Origin: Bacteroidia bacterium
Lineage (GTDB): Bacteria > Bacteroidota > Bacteroidia > NS11-12g > UBA9320
NCBI GenBank assembly: GCA_965216465.1
Contig: CBDCFW010000001.1
Span: 96,001-160,000, forward strand
Length of the DNA: 64,000 nucleotides
Reading direction: 5' to 3'
The notes under the pieces were generated by a model. It ran no database searches. It saw nothing but the letters and a program-made list of their open reading frames with translations, and was not told the origin of the DNA. Every line of letters starts with the position of its first letter. Positions within the stretch are counted from its first letter, which is position 1. This document shows, piece by piece, positions 1 through 10,458 of the stretch. Position numbers and translations under genes: made by a program.

Positions 1-580
1 AAGCAAACTTGGAAAGTCAATCAACCAAAATCTGTTAAAGCTTGAAGCAAAGAATGAAATTGTAGAAGGAACAGGGAGTCTTGTATGCGATTATGGCAGT
101 AAGACTGCGTTTGCTGCAATGTCTGCTAGAACAACAAACATGGCAATGGATACCTTTGAAAAAGAGTCTGGGTTTAGCTCTGTTCGCTTTGATGCGTTAG
201 GTCCAGATGGAAATTTGATTTATCACACTAACGTGATGATGACCATGGGCGACACGTATGTCGTTATAGGTCTAGATACGATAATTGAAGAGCACCGAAA
301 CGAGGTGGTACAACAGCTTAAAGACTTAGGCAAAGACATCATTGAGCTATCTAACGACCAAGTTTTCAAGCACTTTGCTGGCAATATGTTGCAACTAAGC
401 AATGAAGCTGGCGATAAATTCCTGGTCATGTCTAAGGAAGCCTATTCTTCATTAACCAACGAACAAGTCAACACCATTACCAACGACCATAATAACACCA
501 TAATTCCTTGCCCAATTCATATGATTGAAAAAATTGGTGGAGGAAGTGCCCGTTGTATGATGGCCGAAATATTTTATTAG
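1..580 (+). CDS. Amidinotransferase / citrulline-utilization hydrolase CtlX-like (5' truncated by window edge)
   Basis: Frame open from base 2 (..NEIVEGTGSLV..). Motifs EGTGS, IYHTNVMM, FAGNML and C-terminal GGGSARCM. Confidence 0.85.
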   Translation, partial: SKLGKSINQNLLKLEAKNEIVEGTGSLVCDYGSKTAFAAMSARTTNMAMDTFEKESGFSSVRFDALGPDGNLIYHTNVMMTMGDTYVVIGLDTIIEEHRNEVVQQLKDLGKDIIELSNDQVFKHFAGNMLQLSNEAGDKFLVMSKEAYSSLTNEQVNTITNDHNNTIIPCPIHMIEKIGGGSARCMMAEIFY

Positions 581-581
581 C

Positions 582-1277
582 ATGCAAGTAGAAACAGTAC
601 TGTCTCCAAGTTTATTTCATCAAATCGAATCGATTGAAGATAAAATCGTTGTCGTAATTGACGTATTGCGTGCAACCTCTACTATTACCACCATTTTTGA
701 AAATGGAGCGAGTGCTGTAATTCCAGTGAAGGAGGAAGTAATCGCCCAAGCATATCAAGCCAATGGTTATTTAGTTGGAGGAGAACGCGGTGGCGAAACC
801 ATTCCAGGCTTCGATTTTGGCAATTCACCTTTTCATTACAAAAGGGAAATTGTAGCAGGTAAAGAGGTGGTTTTAACCACAACCAATGGTACAAAATGCA
901 TTGAGATGTCGGCCTCAGCCAATACAGTGCTTATTGGTAGCTTTTTAAACTTACAAGCTGTAGTCGATTACCTGAAAGCTGCTAAAAGAGATGTTGTTCT
1001 ATTTTGTGCTGGATGGAAAGATCGCGTAAACCTCGAAGACAGTTTGTTCGCCGGAGCGGTTGCCAGTTTGATTGGAGATGCAAACTTTGATGATGCCAGC
1101 TTATTGGTCAAAGCTGCATACGACCAAACTAAACACGACTTGTTTGGAACATTGAAGCAGTCAAATCACTTTCAACGTTTAGAAAAAAAGGGCGTGATTA
1201 AAGACATTGAATATTGTTGCCAAACAAACATCAGTAAGTTAGTTCCCAAACTAAATGATAAAAAGTTAGTGATTTAA
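582..1277 (+). CDS. comB: 2-phosphosulfolactate phosphatase family protein
   Basis: VVIDVLRATST, GERGG, FDFGNSP, TTTNGT, LEDSLFAG motifs. Confidence 0.9.
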   Translation: MQVETVLSPSLFHQIESIEDKIVVVIDVLRATSTITTIFENGASAVIPVKEEVIAQAYQANGYLVGGERGGETIPGFDFGNSPFHYKREIVAGKEVVLTTTNGTKCIEMSASANTVLIGSFLNLQAVVDYLKAAKRDVVLFCAGWKDRVNLEDSLFAGAVASLIGDANFDDASLLVKAAYDQTKHDLFGTLKQSNHFQRLEKKGVIKDIEYCCQTNISKLVPKLNDKKLVI

Positions 1278-1952
1278 GGTATCAGATTGAATTACCGTCT
1301 TAATAATCGCTAAGGTTTCGAACATCTTCGCCTCTACCCTCTCCACATAAGACTGAGCATTGGGTGCTCCACAATCTGCTGATAGTTGATGAATGATTTT
1401 GTTGTTTTCAACGATGTTATCTTCCACAAAAATCTCGAATGAATTGGGGTCAAACACCTCATCATCGTTGTTCTCTAGCATCATCGCTGAATCGTAATAA
1501 ATTGGCCTATTGTACTGAATATCAGTATTTACATAGAGCTTAAGTGTGTCGTTAAAGAAATAGTATGCATCTTCAATTCTCCTGGTTTCACCCAGTAAGA
1601 ATACCTCGTATCGAGCAATTGAGTCTAAGATAGAAACCCGTAGTTCACTTCCTTCTGTTGTTTCAAAATAATCAATGGTGTTGAAGGTATCGCGGGTGTT
1701 CCAGAGATTAAGCGAATCAAAATGACGATGCAAGGCGACTATACTATCAACAAAAGGCAAATAGTACTCGTGCTTCTCAAAGATGTTTTCAAATTTTGAA
1801 TCTTCTTCTTCGTTCACAACCTCCTCTACCACAATGGTATCACGCTGAGGTACCTCGATAACTTCTTCTGCTACTTCCACGACCTTCTCTTCTGGTTTCG
1901 TAGCACACGCAACCAGAACACTTAGCAAGCAGATATAGTAAAAGAGTTTCAT
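1266..1952 (-). CDS. Hypothetical lipoprotein
   Basis: 228-aa ORF; signal peptide ending LVAC (lipobox); acidic. Confidence 0.7.
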   Translation of the reverse strand: MKLFYYICLLSVLVACATKPEEKVVEVAEEVIEVPQRDTIVVEEVVNEEEDSKFENIFEKHEYYLPFVDSIVALHRHFDSLNLWNTRDTFNTIDYFETTEGSELRVSILDSIARYEVFLLGETRRIEDAYYFFNDTLKLYVNTDIQYNRPIYYDSAMMLENNDDEVFDPNSFEIFVEDNIVENNKIIHQLSADCGAPNAQSYVERVEAKMFETLAIIKTVIQSDTLNH

Positions 1953-1958
1953 TTCATT

Positions 1959-2393
1959 TTAGCAAGGAATCTTATCGACTCTTCTTTGATGGCGCCCACC
2001 TTCGTATTCTTCATCCAAATATGTTTGAAATACAGCAAGGGCTTCATCTTCACTCAAAAATCGAGCAGGTAAACAAATTACGTTCGCATTATTGTGTTGC
2101 TTGATTAAAGCAGCAACATCTTTGTTCCATGCTAAACCAGCACGTATTCCTTGGTGCTTGTTAGCAGCCATACATACTCCATTTGCACTTCCACAGATTA
2201 AAATACCAAAATCAGCATTTCCTTTTTCAATATCATTGCATACTGGATGTGCAAAGTCAGGATAATCTACTGAATCAGAGCTGTTTGTACCGTGATTTAC
2301 AAATTCGAATTGATCACTGTATTCTTTGATTATTCGTTGTTTCAACTCTGTTCCTGCATGGTCGTTGCCAATGGCAATCGTCTGTTTATTCAT
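1959..2393 (-). CDS. rpiB: Ribose-5-phosphate isomerase B
   Basis: GNDHAG, SVDYPD, CGSANG, HNNANV, GGRHQRRV motifs. Confidence 0.95.
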   Translation of the reverse strand: MNKQTIAIGNDHAGTELKQRIIKEYSDQFEFVNHGTNSSDSVDYPDFAHPVCNDIEKGNADFGILICGSANGVCMAANKHQGIRAGLAWNKDVAALIKQHNNANVICLPARFLSEDEALAVFQTYLDEEYEGGRHQRRVDKIPC

Positions 2394-3207
2394 AATTTTT
2401 TTCTACTCGTTTTGCGATTAATATTCCTACCTCGTACAAGCCCAGAACCGGAATACTTAAAATAATCTGGCTTGCAATATCGGGTGGTGTAATGATAGCA
2501 GAAATTACTAAGATTACAACCAAGGCTACCTTTCGGTAATTGGCCAAAGTTCGGGCGGTTACAACACCAACCTTGGCTAACAAATATATAACTAAAGGAA
2601 GTTCAAAAATAATAGCAGCTCCAACCGTAAGCATCGAAACTAAACTTACCACAGAACTGACGGTAAACTCCTTTTGTATTACATTACTAAGTGTGTAGTT
2701 ACCTAAGAAGTTGATTGATATTGGAGCCAATACAAAGTATCCAAACAAAATACCCAAGAAGAACATCGATGACGCAGCAAAAATTGCTAGTCCGGAGTAT
2801 TTCTTCTCGTTAGCTTTTAATGCAGGTTTAATGAATCGATAAATCTCATACAAGATATATGGAAGAGCAAGAACAAGCCCACCAATGAGGGCAATCATCA
2901 TGTGTTGAAAAAACTGCTCTTGTACTTTAACTGTTTTGACCACAAACTCCATCTGATCAATGCAGATCTTATCTGAGTCATAGAGGTAGTGCGAAAGGTC
3001 GCAGATGCGTTGAAAAGTCCAGAAGTCAACTTGTGTAGGACCTAATAGAATTTTATCGAAGATGTAGGTGCCGTAGATTCCGGCTACTATTGCCCCAAGA
3101 CCAACTGCAATCAGCGAACGCAGAATGTGCCACCTCAGAGCTTCAAGATGCTCCAAGAATGTCATTTGAGCTTCGTGCTGATCTATGTCTATCTGATCTA
3201 GAGCCAT
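2386..3207 (-). CDS. tatC: Twin-arginine translocase subunit TatC
   Basis: MTFLEHLEALR, FIKPAL, FELP, ITPPD motifs; multiple TM segments. Confidence 0.95.
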   Translation of the reverse strand: MALDQIDIDQHEAQMTFLEHLEALRWHILRSLIAVGLGAIVAGIYGTYIFDKILLGPTQVDFWTFQRICDLSHYLYDSDKICIDQMEFVVKTVKVQEQFFQHMMIALIGGLVLALPYILYEIYRFIKPALKANEKKYSGLAIFAASSMFFLGILFGYFVLAPISINFLGNYTLSNVIQKEFTVSSVVSLVSMLTVGAAIIFELPLVIYLLAKVGVVTARTLANYRKVALVVILVISAIITPPDIASQIILSIPVLGLYEVGILIAKRVEKNYE

Positions 3208-3212
3208 TCAGC

Positions 3213-3962
3213 TTACATTAACATGCCTCCGCACACGCTAATTACTTGACCGGAGATGTATGCCGCATTATCGCTGCCTAAGAATACGCATGCATTTGCC
3301 ACATCTTCAGGAGTTCCACCTCTTTTCAATGGAATATTTTCTGTCCAGCTTTTTAAAGCTTCTTCGCCTAATTCAGCTGTCATTTCTGTTTCAATGAAAC
3401 CAGGAGTGATCACATTACAACGTAAGTTTCTGCTTCCTAACTCTTTAGCAATTGACTTAGAAAACCCAATGATTCCTGCTTTAGATGCGGCGTAATTTGA
3501 CTGACCCGCATTTCCCATAACACCTACTACAGAAGACATGTTGATAATGCTGCCTCCTTTTTGTTTTAGGAAGTTTCTTACCGAAGCTTTAGTCAGGTTA
3601 AATACTGATTTCAAGTTCACTTCCATGATCTCATCCCACTGCTCTTCACTCATTCTCATGAGAAGATTATCGCGGGTAATACCGGCATTATTCACTAGGA
3701 TTTGGAAACCTCCAAACTCTGCAATTACTTCGTCTACAAACTTTTGAGAAGACTCAAAGCTCGCGGCGTTACTTTGAAAACCTTTAACCTTTACACCGTA
3801 TTTTGACGATAATTCTTCTTCCAAGGCTTTTGCTTTCTCAACTGAACTTGCAAAACTGAATGCAATGTTGCATCCTTCTTGTGCAAATTTTTCTGCAATA
3901 CCTTTTCCAATACCTCTACTCGCCCCAGTAATAATGGCTGTTTTATTTTCTAATTGTTTCAT
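3213..3962 (-). CDS. fabG: 3-oxoacyl-ACP reductase
   Basis: TGASRGIG, NNAGITRD, GQSNYAASK, PGFIET. Confidence 0.95.
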   Translation of the reverse strand: MKQLENKTAIITGASRGIGKGIAEKFAQEGCNIAFSFASSVEKAKALEEELSSKYGVKVKGFQSNAASFESSQKFVDEVIAEFGGFQILVNNAGITRDNLLMRMSEEQWDEIMEVNLKSVFNLTKASVRNFLKQKGGSIINMSSVVGVMGNAGQSNYAASKAGIIGFSKSIAKELGSRNLRCNVITPGFIETEMTAELGEEALKSWTENIPLKRGGTPEDVANACVFLGSDNAAYISGQVISVCGGMLM

Positions 3963-4026
3963 TTGCTTTTAGTTTCAGGGGCAAAAGTATTTTATAAAAT
4001 GTAAAAGTGGATATTTGTATCTAGAA

Positions 4027-4491
4027 ATGTCGATTTACCGCATAGAATCTTCACAGGAATTACCGATCACCCTCGATGAAGCATGGGAGTTTTTCTCAAA
4101 CCCAAACAACCTGGAGTATATCACCCCTTCAAGAAACAATTTTGAAATATCAAATAGTGCAGAGAATTTCATGTATCCTGGCCAGATTATAACGTATTCT
4201 ATGTATCCTTTCTTCTTTTGGAAAACACAATGGGTTTGCGAAATCACACATGTTAAAGAAAAGGAATACTTCATTGATGTTCAAAGTATGGGGCCCTTCA
4301 AATACTGGCACCATAAGCACAGCTTTAAGGAAATAGAAGGCGGAAAAGGAGTTATCGTTGAAGACGTGTTGTACTACAAACTTCCCTTTGGATTTATTGG
4401 AAAAATCGCACATGCTCTATTCATTGGTAAGAGGATCGATAAAGTATTTCAATTCCGACGCGAACAGTTAAAGAAGATTTTTAGGGGCTAA
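4027..4491 (+). CDS. SRPBCC (START-like) family protein
   Basis: AWEFFSNPNNL..ITP, FIDVQ..GPFKYWHHKH. Start taken at ATG 4027. Confidence 0.8.
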   Translation: MSIYRIESSQELPITLDEAWEFFSNPNNLEYITPSRNNFEISNSAENFMYPGQIITYSMYPFFFWKTQWVCEITHVKEKEYFIDVQSMGPFKYWHHKHSFKEIEGGKGVIVEDVLYYKLPFGFIGKIAHALFIGKRIDKVFQFRREQLKKIFRG

Positions 4492-4569
4492 CGGTTACTA
4501 TATTTCTGTACTAATCAACATCTTTTTAATAGCGTATCAAATTAGCCATTTTTCTTGTAGGTTTGGCAT

Positions 4570-5898
4570 ATGAAGCAGGTTCTCGTTTTAGGAGCTGGTC
4601 TGTCGGCCACTTATCTTATTGCATACTTAGAAGAGCACGCAAGTAAAGAGCAGTGGTCATTAACCGTGGCTGATAGAGACCTCGACTTGGTAAATTCCAA
4701 ATGCAAATCTTCTGCTACTAAAAGACTTGCTTTAGATATTCAAGATAAAGACAATGTTCGAAACCACATTGCTTCTGCTGACCTCGTAGTAAGCATGCTA
4801 CCCGCTTTTTTGCATATTCACATTGCAAAAATTTGCGTTGAAGAATCGGTGCATTTAGCGACTGCTTCCTACCTCAGTGAAGAAATCAAAGCACTACATA
4901 ACACAGCCCTAAACAAAGATTTAGTTTTCTTAAACGAATGCGGTTTAGACCCCGGAATTGATCACTTATCGGCCATGCAGATGATCGACACTATTCGTAA
5001 CAAGGGTGGACAAATCACTGAATTTGAAAGCTTTACAGGAGGACTAATTGCTCCCGATTGCGAAGACAACCCATGGAAATACAAGTTTACCTGGAATCCC
5101 AGAAATGTGGTTTTGGCGGGCAGTGGCGGTGCCGTAAAGTTTATTCAGGAAGGAAAATACAAGTACATCCCCTATCATCGTGTATTTCGTCGCACGGAGA
5201 TTGTCGATATTGAAGGCTATGGAAAATTTGAAGGATATGCTAATCGCGATTCACTAAGTTACCGAGAGGTATACGGGCTTCAAAATGTTAAGACCATGTA
5301 CCGAGGCACCTTCCGTCGACCTGGTTTTTCAAAAGCTTGGAACGCATTCGTTCAACTGGGTGCAACAGACGATTCATATCAGCTCGAAAACTCAGAGCAT
5401 ATGACAAACAGAGACTTCATCAATACGTTTCTAGCCTATCACCCGACCGACAGCGTTGAACTAAAACTGAGGCAATACTTAAAAATAGATCAAGATGACG
5501 TCAGCCTGTGGGAACGAATAGAATCAACCGGAATATTTTCTGACGATAAAGTTGGTTTACCAAATGCTACTCCGGCACAAATGCTTCAAAAGATTCTAGA
5601 AAAGTCGTGGGCACTAAAAGAAGACGACCGCGATATGATTGTAATGTGGCATAAGGTTACGTACAATTTGAAAGGAGAAAGTCAAGTGAGTACTAGCAGT
5701 TTGGTCTGCGAAGGAGAAAGCAGAAAAGAAACGGCTATGGCAAAAACTGTTGGACTTCCTCTAGCCATTGCTTGCAAGCTTATTCTCAAAGGTGAAATAA
5801 CTCAACGAGGTTGCATTCTACCTATTGCTGAAGAGTTTTATGTTCCTATCCTGAATGAATTGAAAGATTACGGAATTGCCTTCAAAGGAAATCACTAG
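4570..5898 (+). CDS. Saccharopine dehydrogenase
   Basis: VLGAG Rossmann motif, ECGLDPGIDH, YKFTWNP, AMAKTVG. Confidence 0.9.
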   Translation: MKQVLVLGAGLSATYLIAYLEEHASKEQWSLTVADRDLDLVNSKCKSSATKRLALDIQDKDNVRNHIASADLVVSMLPAFLHIHIAKICVEESVHLATASYLSEEIKALHNTALNKDLVFLNECGLDPGIDHLSAMQMIDTIRNKGGQITEFESFTGGLIAPDCEDNPWKYKFTWNPRNVVLAGSGGAVKFIQEGKYKYIPYHRVFRRTEIVDIEGYGKFEGYANRDSLSYREVYGLQNVKTMYRGTFRRPGFSKAWNAFVQLGATDDSYQLENSEHMTNRDFINTFLAYHPTDSVELKLRQYLKIDQDDVSLWERIESTGIFSDDKVGLPNATPAQMLQKILEKSWALKEDDRDMIVMWHKVTYNLKGESQVSTSSLVCEGESRKETAMAKTVGLPLAIACKLILKGEITQRGCILPIAEEFYVPILNELKDYGIAFKGNH

Positions 5899-6770
5899 TA
5901 CAACTTTACGCTTCGAGAAACAGTAGTGGTAAAGCAAAATACGCCTAATCCACCTTCTACATTACCACTGTTAAGTGAGTAGGTTGCCAACGGCCCTCCA
6001 TAAATGTGGTTGTTCTCAAGCAGACCCAAGTAGTATTGGTACATGGTATTTGAAATACAGCTCAACTTGATTTCCATTTGCTGCGGAATAAAATCAGGGC
6101 GTGACCATGATTCCTGATTAGCAATGATTTCTATCCTCTTATACGAATCGGCAAACAGTTTATCATCGAACAATGCATAGTTACTTGGCGTAGCAATGGT
6201 ATTGATGTTAGTTGCAAATACCCGATCGCCCGAATTGAAATTCACAGGTATGCTATGGTCTATGGTATCATTGCCTTCTATTAGTTTTCCGCGAACAAAA
6301 AGTTCGACCATATAGTTTGTGCTTGAGGGTACATCGTGTACTTTGAATTCTGCTCGATAACTGTTACCAATTACCAGCACGCTATCAAATTCATAAAATG
6401 GAATACTTGCAGGTACTGAATCTCGAGCCAGAATAGTGGGATAGTCATCCATTGCAATTTCAAGCTGATAAACTTTACCGAGCTTTGCTAAAATCGGGAG
6501 TTCAATTTTACCATCGTGAACGATAACGGTATCAAAAAACACTGGAAAATCGTTTTCTTTTAACAACACAACGGCATCTCCTCTAGCATCATCTAACTCT
6601 GGTGTTTGAACCGAGTTTACCGAAGAGCCTAGGTACATGTTAAATCCTTGACCAGCAGAGTTGTAGCTATTAACTACCAACTTCTTCTCAAAGTCAAATT
6701 TCTTCAATGGAATCTGCCGTTCGCATGAGGCGAATACTAAAATCAACGCTATGAAGTATACATATCTCAT
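5895..6770 (-). CDS. DUF4249-like lipoprotein downstream of TonB-dependent receptor
   Basis: Lipobox FASC; C-terminal GNVEGGLGVF; typical gene context. Confidence 0.75.
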   Translation of the reverse strand: MRYVYFIALILVFASCERQIPLKKFDFEKKLVVNSYNSAGQGFNMYLGSSVNSVQTPELDDARGDAVVLLKENDFPVFFDTVIVHDGKIELPILAKLGKVYQLEIAMDDYPTILARDSVPASIPFYEFDSVLVIGNSYRAEFKVHDVPSSTNYMVELFVRGKLIEGNDTIDHSIPVNFNSGDRVFATNINTIATPSNYALFDDKLFADSYKRIEIIANQESWSRPDFIPQQMEIKLSCISNTMYQYYLGLLENNHIYGGPLATYSLNSGNVEGGLGVFCFTTTVSRSVKLY

Positions 6771-9325
6771 AGGTTAATGCTGTATTTAAGCATGGGCATC
6801 ATCGGAAGATAAGATCTAATTTTAATTGTCGGTTCTGCCTCTTCATCCAATCCAATATAAACCATAAATGGATTTAGCTGATTGTATAGGTTGTAAACAC
6901 CGACAATAAAGGTGGTATTAAACTTCTTGTATTCTTTTCGCTTAACATAAGATACATCCAGGTGGTGGGTAGCAGGAAGCCTAAAGTTATTGATTTTATC
7001 AAACTCTTCAACAATAACTTCTTGTCCATTTACAAGCGTAACATATCTAGCGGTTGGTAAACTCACTGGGTTTCCACTGGCAAATGTGAAGGATACCATA
7101 ATCTTTGATTCATCATTAATCTGCTGTTCGGCCAAAATATTTAATGAATGTGGTCTGTCGTATTTCGAGAAATACTCTGTTCCGTCGTTTATGCCTTCAA
7201 CCGTTCGCTTGCTGCGACAGAAGGTGTATCCGCCATAAACACTCCAATTCTTAATTCGTGTTCGTGATGAAAGTTCAAATCCAAAAGCTCTCCCACTTCC
7301 TTTAACCAGACTTTCTTCCCAGTTCTGATCCGAAAGCAAGTTTGCTCCATTTTTGTGCTCAACAATGTTGTTATAAAACTTGCTAAACAATGCTCCTCCC
7401 CATTGCACCTTCTTTCCGTTGTATTGAAATTTAGTACTTAATTGAGTCACACTCAATGGGTTAAGATTGCTTGTTACAGGTAGCCAGATGTCTAAGGGCA
7501 AACCTAGATTGTTGTTGGGTACTAGGTGAACAAACTGATCAACAGATGAAAGACCAAAACGCAATTGCTTCTTCTTGTCGATGTTTTGAATAAGCAAAAC
7601 TCTAGGCTGAAAACGCAAGAAATTAGTAGAATCAGAACTGAATCGAGCAACACGCATTCCCATGGTAATATTTCCCCCATCGAAGTATGCTTTGTCTTCT
7701 ACATAAGCAAAGATTTCTTGTGAATTGATCTTATTGGAAACTAAGAATGTATCAATATTTGATACGTTGCTTATCGAACGGTAGTTTCTTTCAAAAGGTA
7801 TAAACTCATAGCGTACATAACCCGCTCCAACTTGCAAATGATTTTTATTGTTGAAGAACAAATCAAGGTCAAGTGAGTTTCTAAGTTCTTTTAATCCATT
7901 GGTATACGAGGATTTGTTAGCGTAGCTATTTCCAATCTGATTAAAGCCATATTCATCGCTAAACTCAACGCGGTAACCGCTGTAAGTTGATTGAAATGTT
8001 AGGTAGGCTTTATCAGACAGTATGCTATTCCACTGCAAGCCCATAAGGTTGTTTCTCCAACCAAGTGCTCCTACTGTAGATTCAACCGTTTCTAGCTGGT
8101 CACGTAACTTTAGTTCTGTGTTAAAGCGGAACTGATCTCCCCCATTATAAGCGGTAAATTTCACATCGTTTCGCTTGTTGATTTGATAGTGCAGCTTGCC
8201 GTAAAAATCATAATACCACAGGGCTGTATGCTCTTTTTGCACCTGATTTCTGTCTAAGAACTGTTGAATAGGATACATTAAAATATCTGCATAAGTTCTT
8301 CGTGCAGAAACGGAATAGCTCAGTTTATCCTTCACAATAGGTCCATTGAGTGCAATTCCACTTGAAATGATACCTAAATCAACTGCTGCTTCGTGCTTCG
8401 TTTTGTTTCCGTTGTTGAGGCTAACATCAATAACACTGCTAAGTCGTGAGCTGTACCGGCTTGGAAAAGCATCTTTATACACTTTGATGTTATTAATCGT
8501 TGAAGAATTGAAGATGGAGTATAATCCGAGCAGGTGGAAGGTATTGTAAACTGGAATTCCGTCCATTACCACAAAGTTTTGATCAGGTCCTCCTCCTCTT
8601 ACGATCAAACCTGGATCCCCAAAAGAAACGTTTTGAACGCCTGTAAGCATCTTTAAATTGTTTAGAGCATCGGTCTCCCCACCTAAAGAAGGAATAATAT
8701 TTTCAGAAGGACTGATTTCGTCAAACTGTTTTAGGGTTAATGATAACGAATCACTAAATGCTACATCGATCTCTGCTATACTTTGTATTGGGTTTAGACT
8801 AAAGATGTACATCTGTTGGTCATCAACAGTTAAATGATGATGTGCAGATTGATAGCCTTCTTTGTATAAAAGAATATCTACAATATTGGATTTGAGATAT
8901 ACCCGATAATATCCCAGTTTGTCGGTAACAACTGCTTTGTTCGTTCCACCAATTGATATGAGCGTGTTTGAAAGACGCTCTTTCGATTGATAATCGACTA
9001 CATAACCGTGAATAAAAATCAAACCAGATTGAGGGGTAATCAAGATTGAACCGTTGTCTCCCACATTATAATCGATGTGGGTTTGAGAGCTCAGGGTATC
9101 TAAGGCTTGCTTTACGGTTGTGTTCTTTAGATTAACCTGAACAGGTTTGTCTTGAACGGTGCTTGCTTTGTAATTAAATCGCACTGAAGTTTGGCTGGAT
9201 ATTTTGGCAAGGCACTGCTCTAGATCTTGACTACAAGTAAGTTCTGAGATCTTAATTTCAAGCAAAGATTGGGCATTGGACCACAGAAAGCCAAAGAGAA
9301 TTAATATGACCAGTTTAAACCTCAA
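6767..9325 (-). CDS. TonB-dependent receptor/transducer (N-terminal STN-like and carboxypeptidase-regulatory domains)
   Basis: VRGGGPDQN..DGIPVYN plug motif, RLSSVIDV, DRPHS, YNLYN; long beta-barrel; TTG start. Confidence 0.9.
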   Translation of the reverse strand: MRFKLVILILFGFLWSNAQSLLEIKISELTCSQDLEQCLAKISSQTSVRFNYKASTVQDKPVQVNLKNTTVKQALDTLSSQTHIDYNVGDNGSILITPQSGLIFIHGYVVDYQSKERLSNTLISIGGTNKAVVTDKLGYYRVYLKSNIVDILLYKEGYQSAHHHLTVDDQQMYIFSLNPIQSIAEIDVAFSDSLSLTLKQFDEISPSENIIPSLGGETDALNNLKMLTGVQNVSFGDPGLIVRGGGPDQNFVVMDGIPVYNTFHLLGLYSIFNSSTINNIKVYKDAFPSRYSSRLSSVIDVSLNNGNKTKHEAAVDLGIISSGIALNGPIVKDKLSYSVSARRTYADILMYPIQQFLDRNQVQKEHTALWYYDFYGKLHYQINKRNDVKFTAYNGGDQFRFNTELKLRDQLETVESTVGALGWRNNLMGLQWNSILSDKAYLTFQSTYSGYRVEFSDEYGFNQIGNSYANKSSYTNGLKELRNSLDLDLFFNNKNHLQVGAGYVRYEFIPFERNYRSISNVSNIDTFLVSNKINSQEIFAYVEDKAYFDGGNITMGMRVARFSSDSTNFLRFQPRVLLIQNIDKKKQLRFGLSSVDQFVHLVPNNNLGLPLDIWLPVTSNLNPLSVTQLSTKFQYNGKKVQWGGALFSKFYNNIVEHKNGANLLSDQNWEESLVKGSGRAFGFELSSRTRIKNWSVYGGYTFCRSKRTVEGINDGTEYFSKYDRPHSLNILAEQQINDESKIMVSFTFASGNPVSLPTARYVTLVNGQEVIVEEFDKINNFRLPATHHLDVSYVKRKEYKKFNTTFIVGVYNLYNQLNPFMVYIGLDEEAEPTIKIRSYLPMMPMLKYSINL

Positions 9326-9348
9326 TTATTGCAAAGTACAATAATTGC

Positions 9349-10257
9349 TTATTTTAATACAATAACGTTGTTTCGAATTGCGAAATTTCTGTCAGAAATT
9401 TTGCTCAGTGTTTCGAGGCATACCTTTAGATTGTCTAAAGGAAGAGAAACGGTGTAGCGTTCTTCAAGATACTTAGCCCTAAGATTGTAGTCTACATTGT
9501 AGTGTAATTTCAGTTGGCCAAGAATGTAAGCAAGAGGCATGTTTTGACATTCGATTTGAGAGCTTAGCCCGTTGCTTGAAGTTTCAGTTAAGATGGTTTC
9601 AGAAGGAGTGATAACAAATTGCTCACCAGGTTTGAGAATTTTGGAAGTGTTGTTATAACTCACCTTAACAGAACCCGAATAGAGTTCAATAGCGGTAAGA
9701 TTATCGTCTGTAAATACTTTAAACTTGGTACCAAGCACTTCCACTTGGCCTGCATCGGTATTTACAATAAAGGGTAAATTTGACTTAACCACAGAGAATA
9801 CGGCTTCTCCTTGTAACCATAGTTCTCTTGTATTTTCTCCGTAATTTTTATCAAGACTTACAGAAGAATTAACATTTAACGCGATGGTTGAGTTATCGTC
9901 AAGAATTTGGTTTGTAACGGTGTCAGTAGACGCATATTCGGTGGTTTGTGAACCACTGAAGTAATAGATTCCAACAGAAAAGGCAGCAAGTATGAGGATA
10001 CTTGCTGCCATTTTTAGCCAATCAAAGCCTAAAATTCGTATAGGTGCTTTTACAATTTGTTGGAAGCTTGATAACGCCACGTCAGTATGGCTATTATCGT
10101 AGCTTAATTTGTCTGTCAGCTGCCAAACCATTTGGTAATCAGCAAGTTCTTGCTTTAACACCTCTGAAGAAGCTAGCTCGCTTTCAAATGCTAGTCTTTC
10201 TTCTTCGGTTAGATTACCGGTTACATACTTAAACAATATAGTTTGTTTTTCTGACAT
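9349..10257 (-). CDS. FecR-family anti-sigma factor
   Basis: Single TM followed by RELWLQGEAVFSV and VEVLGTKF; follows an ECF sigma gene. Confidence 0.9.
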   Translation of the reverse strand: MSEKQTILFKYVTGNLTEEERLAFESELASSEVLKQELADYQMVWQLTDKLSYDNSHTDVALSSFQQIVKAPIRILGFDWLKMAASILILAAFSVGIYYFSGSQTTEYASTDTVTNQILDDNSTIALNVNSSVSLDKNYGENTRELWLQGEAVFSVVKSNLPFIVNTDAGQVEVLGTKFKVFTDDNLTAIELYSGSVKVSYNNTSKILKPGEQFVITPSETILTETSSNGLSSQIECQNMPLAYILGQLKLHYNVDYNLRAKYLEERYTVSLPLDNLKVCLETLSKISDRNFAIRNNVIVLK

Positions 10258-10430
10258 TAATTATTGTCTATTAACACTGCTCTCAAGTGCGAAAGTGTAT
10301 TTACATTCTGGTCGCTTTCCTTCAACCATAAATTTACAATTACCTTTTCTTGCGTATTGCACTTTCCAAATAGGAATTTCAATAAAATATTTGGTTCCCA
10401 AATTTTCACTACAAGAGCCTGTTACTTATT

Positions 10431-10458
10431 AATACAACAAAAAGCAGGGCACCCCCTA
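10431..10458 (-). promoter_or_regulatory. Putative ECF-sigma promoter upstream of fecR
   Basis: Minus strand reads TAGGGGG-TGCCCTGCTTTTTG-TTGTATT at the end of the sigma gene. Resembles elements commonly seen between Bacteroidota ECF and fecR genes (inference). Confidence 0.4.
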